NCBI RefSeq assembly: GCF_018350175.1
Contig: NC_058383.1
Coordinates: 26,910,001-26,974,000 of the forward strand
DNA: 64,000 bases
Source: Felis catus
Lineage: Eukaryota
Direction: 5' to 3'
Shown here: positions 60,482 to 64,000 of the stretch, one piece after another
How positions within the stretch are numbered: the first letter of the stretch is position 1
How the letters are laid out: each line of letters starts with the position of its first letter
Notes under the pieces: generated by a model
Seen by the model: only the letters and a program-made list of their open reading frames with translations
Database searches by the model: none
Told to the model about the DNA's origin: nothing
Program-made: the position numbers and the translations under genes

Positions 60482-61046
60482 ACGTTTTATTTCTTTTCTT
60501 CCAGTACCTAGCATGCCATCAACCTAATTAACATGCACAGAGCACTTAGTACATGTTGAACATGGTAAGTACTCTATATTCACTAACTTTCTTTACCTTT
60601 ATTACAATCTTATGAGAAAAGTATTATTTTGTGGGTGTAAAACTGAGACAGAAAAGAGAGAAGTTACCTAGTGATGCCACATAGAAGTGGAGGAACCAGG
60701 ATCTGAACGCAGGCAGTCTGGCTTCAGAGCTCTTAATAAACATTTGTGTTTAAGTAAGTGAGGCAATAAAACTGTGTGACTTCTGATTGCTGTCCTTGGG
60801 AGCTGGGTACCTCTCTGTCACTCTGTTTTTTCACTGGTGTTTTTTATTACCCCTTGAATGGTATTTATTGTCAACATCTTACAATCTAATTTGGTTGGAC
60901 CATTTATACATATTCTAGAAGCATCCTGTTCGTTTTTCCATCTCCCTCTTTACTTCGCTAAGGCCTTCACAAGGCTCAGAAGGCTAGGCTTTTTCTCTGT
61001 CTTTTGAAGTTGTTTATATATATGTGTGTGTGTGTATATATATATA

Positions 61047-61252
61047 ATTTTTCTAATGTTTGTTTATTTTTTAGAGAGAGACAGAACATGTGTGGGGGAG
61101 GGGCAGAGAGCGAGGGAGACACAGAATCCAATGCAGGGTCCAGGCTCTGAGCTGTCAGCACAGAGCCCGATGTGAGGCTAGAACTCACAAACCTTGAGAT
61201 CGTGACCTAAGCCGAAGTTGGATGCTTAACCAACTGAGCCAACCAGGTGCCC
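61047..61252 (-). mobile_element. Can-SINE (felid type) next to a (TA)/(TG) tract
   Basis: agttgtttatat/agtcgtttatat flanks. Confidence 0.92.
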
Positions 61253-62462
61253 TGAGGAGTCGTTTATATTTTAAGGTGCTCTCTCCACCAGGCATGTCCA
61301 CATGTAAGTTGCAAGCAAAGCCTCTCAGAGGCAGAATTTTGAACAATGATCAGTTTAAGGAATCCTGTAACAATAAACTTCTCTTTAAACAAATCGGGAA
61401 GTCCCATAGCAAAACCTTTAAGCTTGTCATTTTATCTGAGACTCTCAAGGGGCCTCTCTGACTCTGGGTTACCATGCCAAGACATTTCAAACACAGTCTC
61501 TCATCACTTTGTTTCATTGCCGAGGCCCAGACTTCTTTGGAATAGATAATGTGCCTTCCTTCCAGGTCTGTGCAAATGTGCCTGGAAAAGGATGATTCCA
61601 TTTCTTTTAAAAAGTGTTGGCACTTTTTTTTTTTTTCCAGTGGCTTCATTTGGGTTGTGATGTAAAATAGAAGCACGGAACAAAACTTTCAATAAAAAAA
61701 TTTGACTCACTCTTCATAATGTCATCCAGGCTTGGTTTGGCCTTGATGAATTCAGCACTTTAAAGGGTATGTCAACACAATAAATTTTATGCCCTCAATA
61801 AAACTTGTGAGTGAGCTCAGTGAGAAATTCCAAGGTCTGGGAAGGCAATTAACGTTTGAAATATATATTGAGTTGTTTACTGCGACATTTTATGTGGCCA
61901 CAGAGCCGTACCCGGGATGTCACCATGTCACGAGGGAAGAGTTTCCCTAGGAAATGCAAGGTTTGCTTTTCAAATAACATTGACGTGTCGGATTGCTCCC
62001 TGAATACAGAGGAATGTAAGAAGTGGCTACTAATGAAAATCTTGTTCCCTCACCACATCACACCATTCCTGTTGCCCATTCCAGCTGGCCGTAATCTCCT
62101 GAAGGGTATTTGTTATCAACGTCTTAGCAGCTTAATTTCATTGGACCATTTGTATCATTGTTTGTTGTGGTCCTGTATGTGAAGGGGATATTCTCTTAAT
62201 TGAGTTGATTCACGTTCCAGCCCCAGGCCTACCTTTTAGTCAATGTGTCACTTTATAGGAGTCCTGTTACCTCTGTGGGCTTCATACTCTGCTGTGAGAG
62301 TTAAATGAAACAACGTGTTATAAAACACTCTCTTACTCATAATGTAGTTTATAATTTAGGAAAATCACCCTTAATTCTTCATGCAGTGTCATATTAACAA
62401 GCTCTTTCTGAGAATGGCACTAACTCAGAGAAGGTGGGAAGATCCCAGAAATGTAGGCTATG

Positions 62463-62887
62463 TGTATTAATCAGTTACTGTCGCGTCAATGCTGCATGAC
62501 AAACAACTTCAGAATCTCATTGCTTTGCAACAGTGTTAACTAATTATATATTCTGCTGTCCTATACATTTACTTACTCATTGTTGTGCTTGTTGGTCTGT
62601 GGGTTGGCTAGGATATAGCCATGCTTCAGGATGCAAACTGAGCTTAGGTTTACTCTTTGTATACTACCTTGTACATACTCTGTCATGGATGGTGACAGCA
62701 GTGTAAGGAAGGGTGATCACAAACACGGTTAAGGATGCTCTAAACTCCTACCCAGTCACATTTGCCCACATTACGTTGACCAAAACTAGCACATTACTGG
62801 GCCCAACTTCATTGGGGCTGGAAACACTGACGGTGATCCATGGCAGAAAAGAAGGGAGACTGGTGGAAAAATAATACCACCTACCAC
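62463..62887 (-). mobile_element. Old MaLR LTR (MLT1I/J-like)
   Basis: atgctgcatgacaaacaac...gcccacatt...ccaaaactag...ctaccaca. Confidence 0.6.
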
Positions 62888-63539
62888 ACTATTTTTCTAA
62901 GCAAAAAGCAAGTGGAGACTTTGAGGTCATTCTGTAAACAAAAGGCATCTAAGAAACACCCGGTTTTCTCTCTTTTATATTCAGACCTCAGATAAGTAAA
63001 CTTGACTTTCTATAATCCAAATCAGGATTGAGTTCTTTCTTTTCCTTGTATTTGATGAAACCAGAAATTCTGGTTCCATCAACAACTCATTTTTTTCTTT
63101 TAGAAAGTCATTATTCAAGGTCTCCCAACAACTCTTTTTGGCTGCCTGAAATGTCTGTTGTATCAGTCCATCTTTAAATGTCAGTGACCAGTCAAGATAG
63201 TAAGAGTTACGTGTTTACTTGCCTATTCAAATCAAGTGATGCTATGGGGTGCGTGAGACCAGGAGTCAGGAAGAAATCCAGGCTTCCAGTCCCAGCCCTG
63301 CCACTGAATTTGGAGAAGTCAGTGATGTTCTCTGGGGATAATCTATGGGAGAAGAAGCTGGGGAAGCTCCAGGGCAAATCATTTAATGATGCTAACTATT
63401 CTCCGTAATCGCTCAGTGCAGAAGTCATTGTCTAAGTAAGCATTCCTTCCCAACCGCAGTCTAGCCATTTTGCCTAAAAGTTGGCAGATGTGACTTGCCC
63501 CAGGGTGTGAACATCTCAAGGAAGATGTTTTAAATGTAG

Positions 63540-64000
63540 TGTTTAAAAAATCTATAACAATTATGCAGGGTTTTTTAAAGTTCATATAACAATTCCACTG
63601 CTTTTTGCTCATTAAATATTTGTTTTTCTCATTGTTGATCCAGTAATTTCACTTCTAAGGAAACAATCAGAAATGAGGAAAGAGGTTTATGTACAAAAAT
63701 GTTCATTGTGGCACTTCAGAAAAATTAAAGTGAAAAATTGGACAGAACCTAAATGCCCCATAATAAGGGACTGATTGGGTAAATTATTATAAATCTACCT
63801 AATGGACTATAATGCAGATGTTAAAATAATGTTTTAAGCAATTTTAATGACTTGAGAACATTCCCCAGATATAATATTAGATGAAATAATGTAAAATAAG
63901 AGAACCATAATATTGTGTACAAACATCAGTTCTTTAAATTGCTCATAATGAGATTATGAGGAAATCCAGAAAAACATGAATAGTGGTTATCTGAGGATTG
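63540..64000 (+). mobile_element. L1ME-like 3' remnant
   Basis: tgatccagtaatttcacttctaagg...aatgttcattgtggc...cctaaatgccc...aatagtggttatct. Confidence 0.7.

Noticed and set aside
1..64000. CRISPR arrays, operons or other prokaryote-type systems
   Set aside because: The sequence is mammalian. The recurring 200-bp repeats are dispersed SINEs, not regularly spaced arrays.

Overview
Repeat-dense, apparently non-coding mammalian DNA (large intron or intergenic region) from a felid carnivore. The host call rests on about 40 tRNA-derived Can-SINEs, four of them the young SINEC_Fc-type variant, plus carnivore-type L1 3' ends. I recognise no host protein-coding exon, rRNA, true tRNA or snRNA. The supplied ORFs are either L1 ORF2 or ERV-L fossil fragments, or chance frames through repeats. 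The rest is L1, L2, MIR, MaLR and ERV solo LTRs, hAT/Charlie MITEs, microsatellites and several repeat-poor stretches that could be enhancers. The most striking structure is at 21523-24126: both termini of a palindromic MER53 DNA transposon, with an 8-bp target-site duplication (TSD), enclose about 2.45 kb of LTR-less ERV-L gag-pro sequence (including two later SINE insertions) in place of the MER53 hairpin centre. Family names come from my recall of consensus sequences, not from a search, and boundaries of old repeats are approximate.
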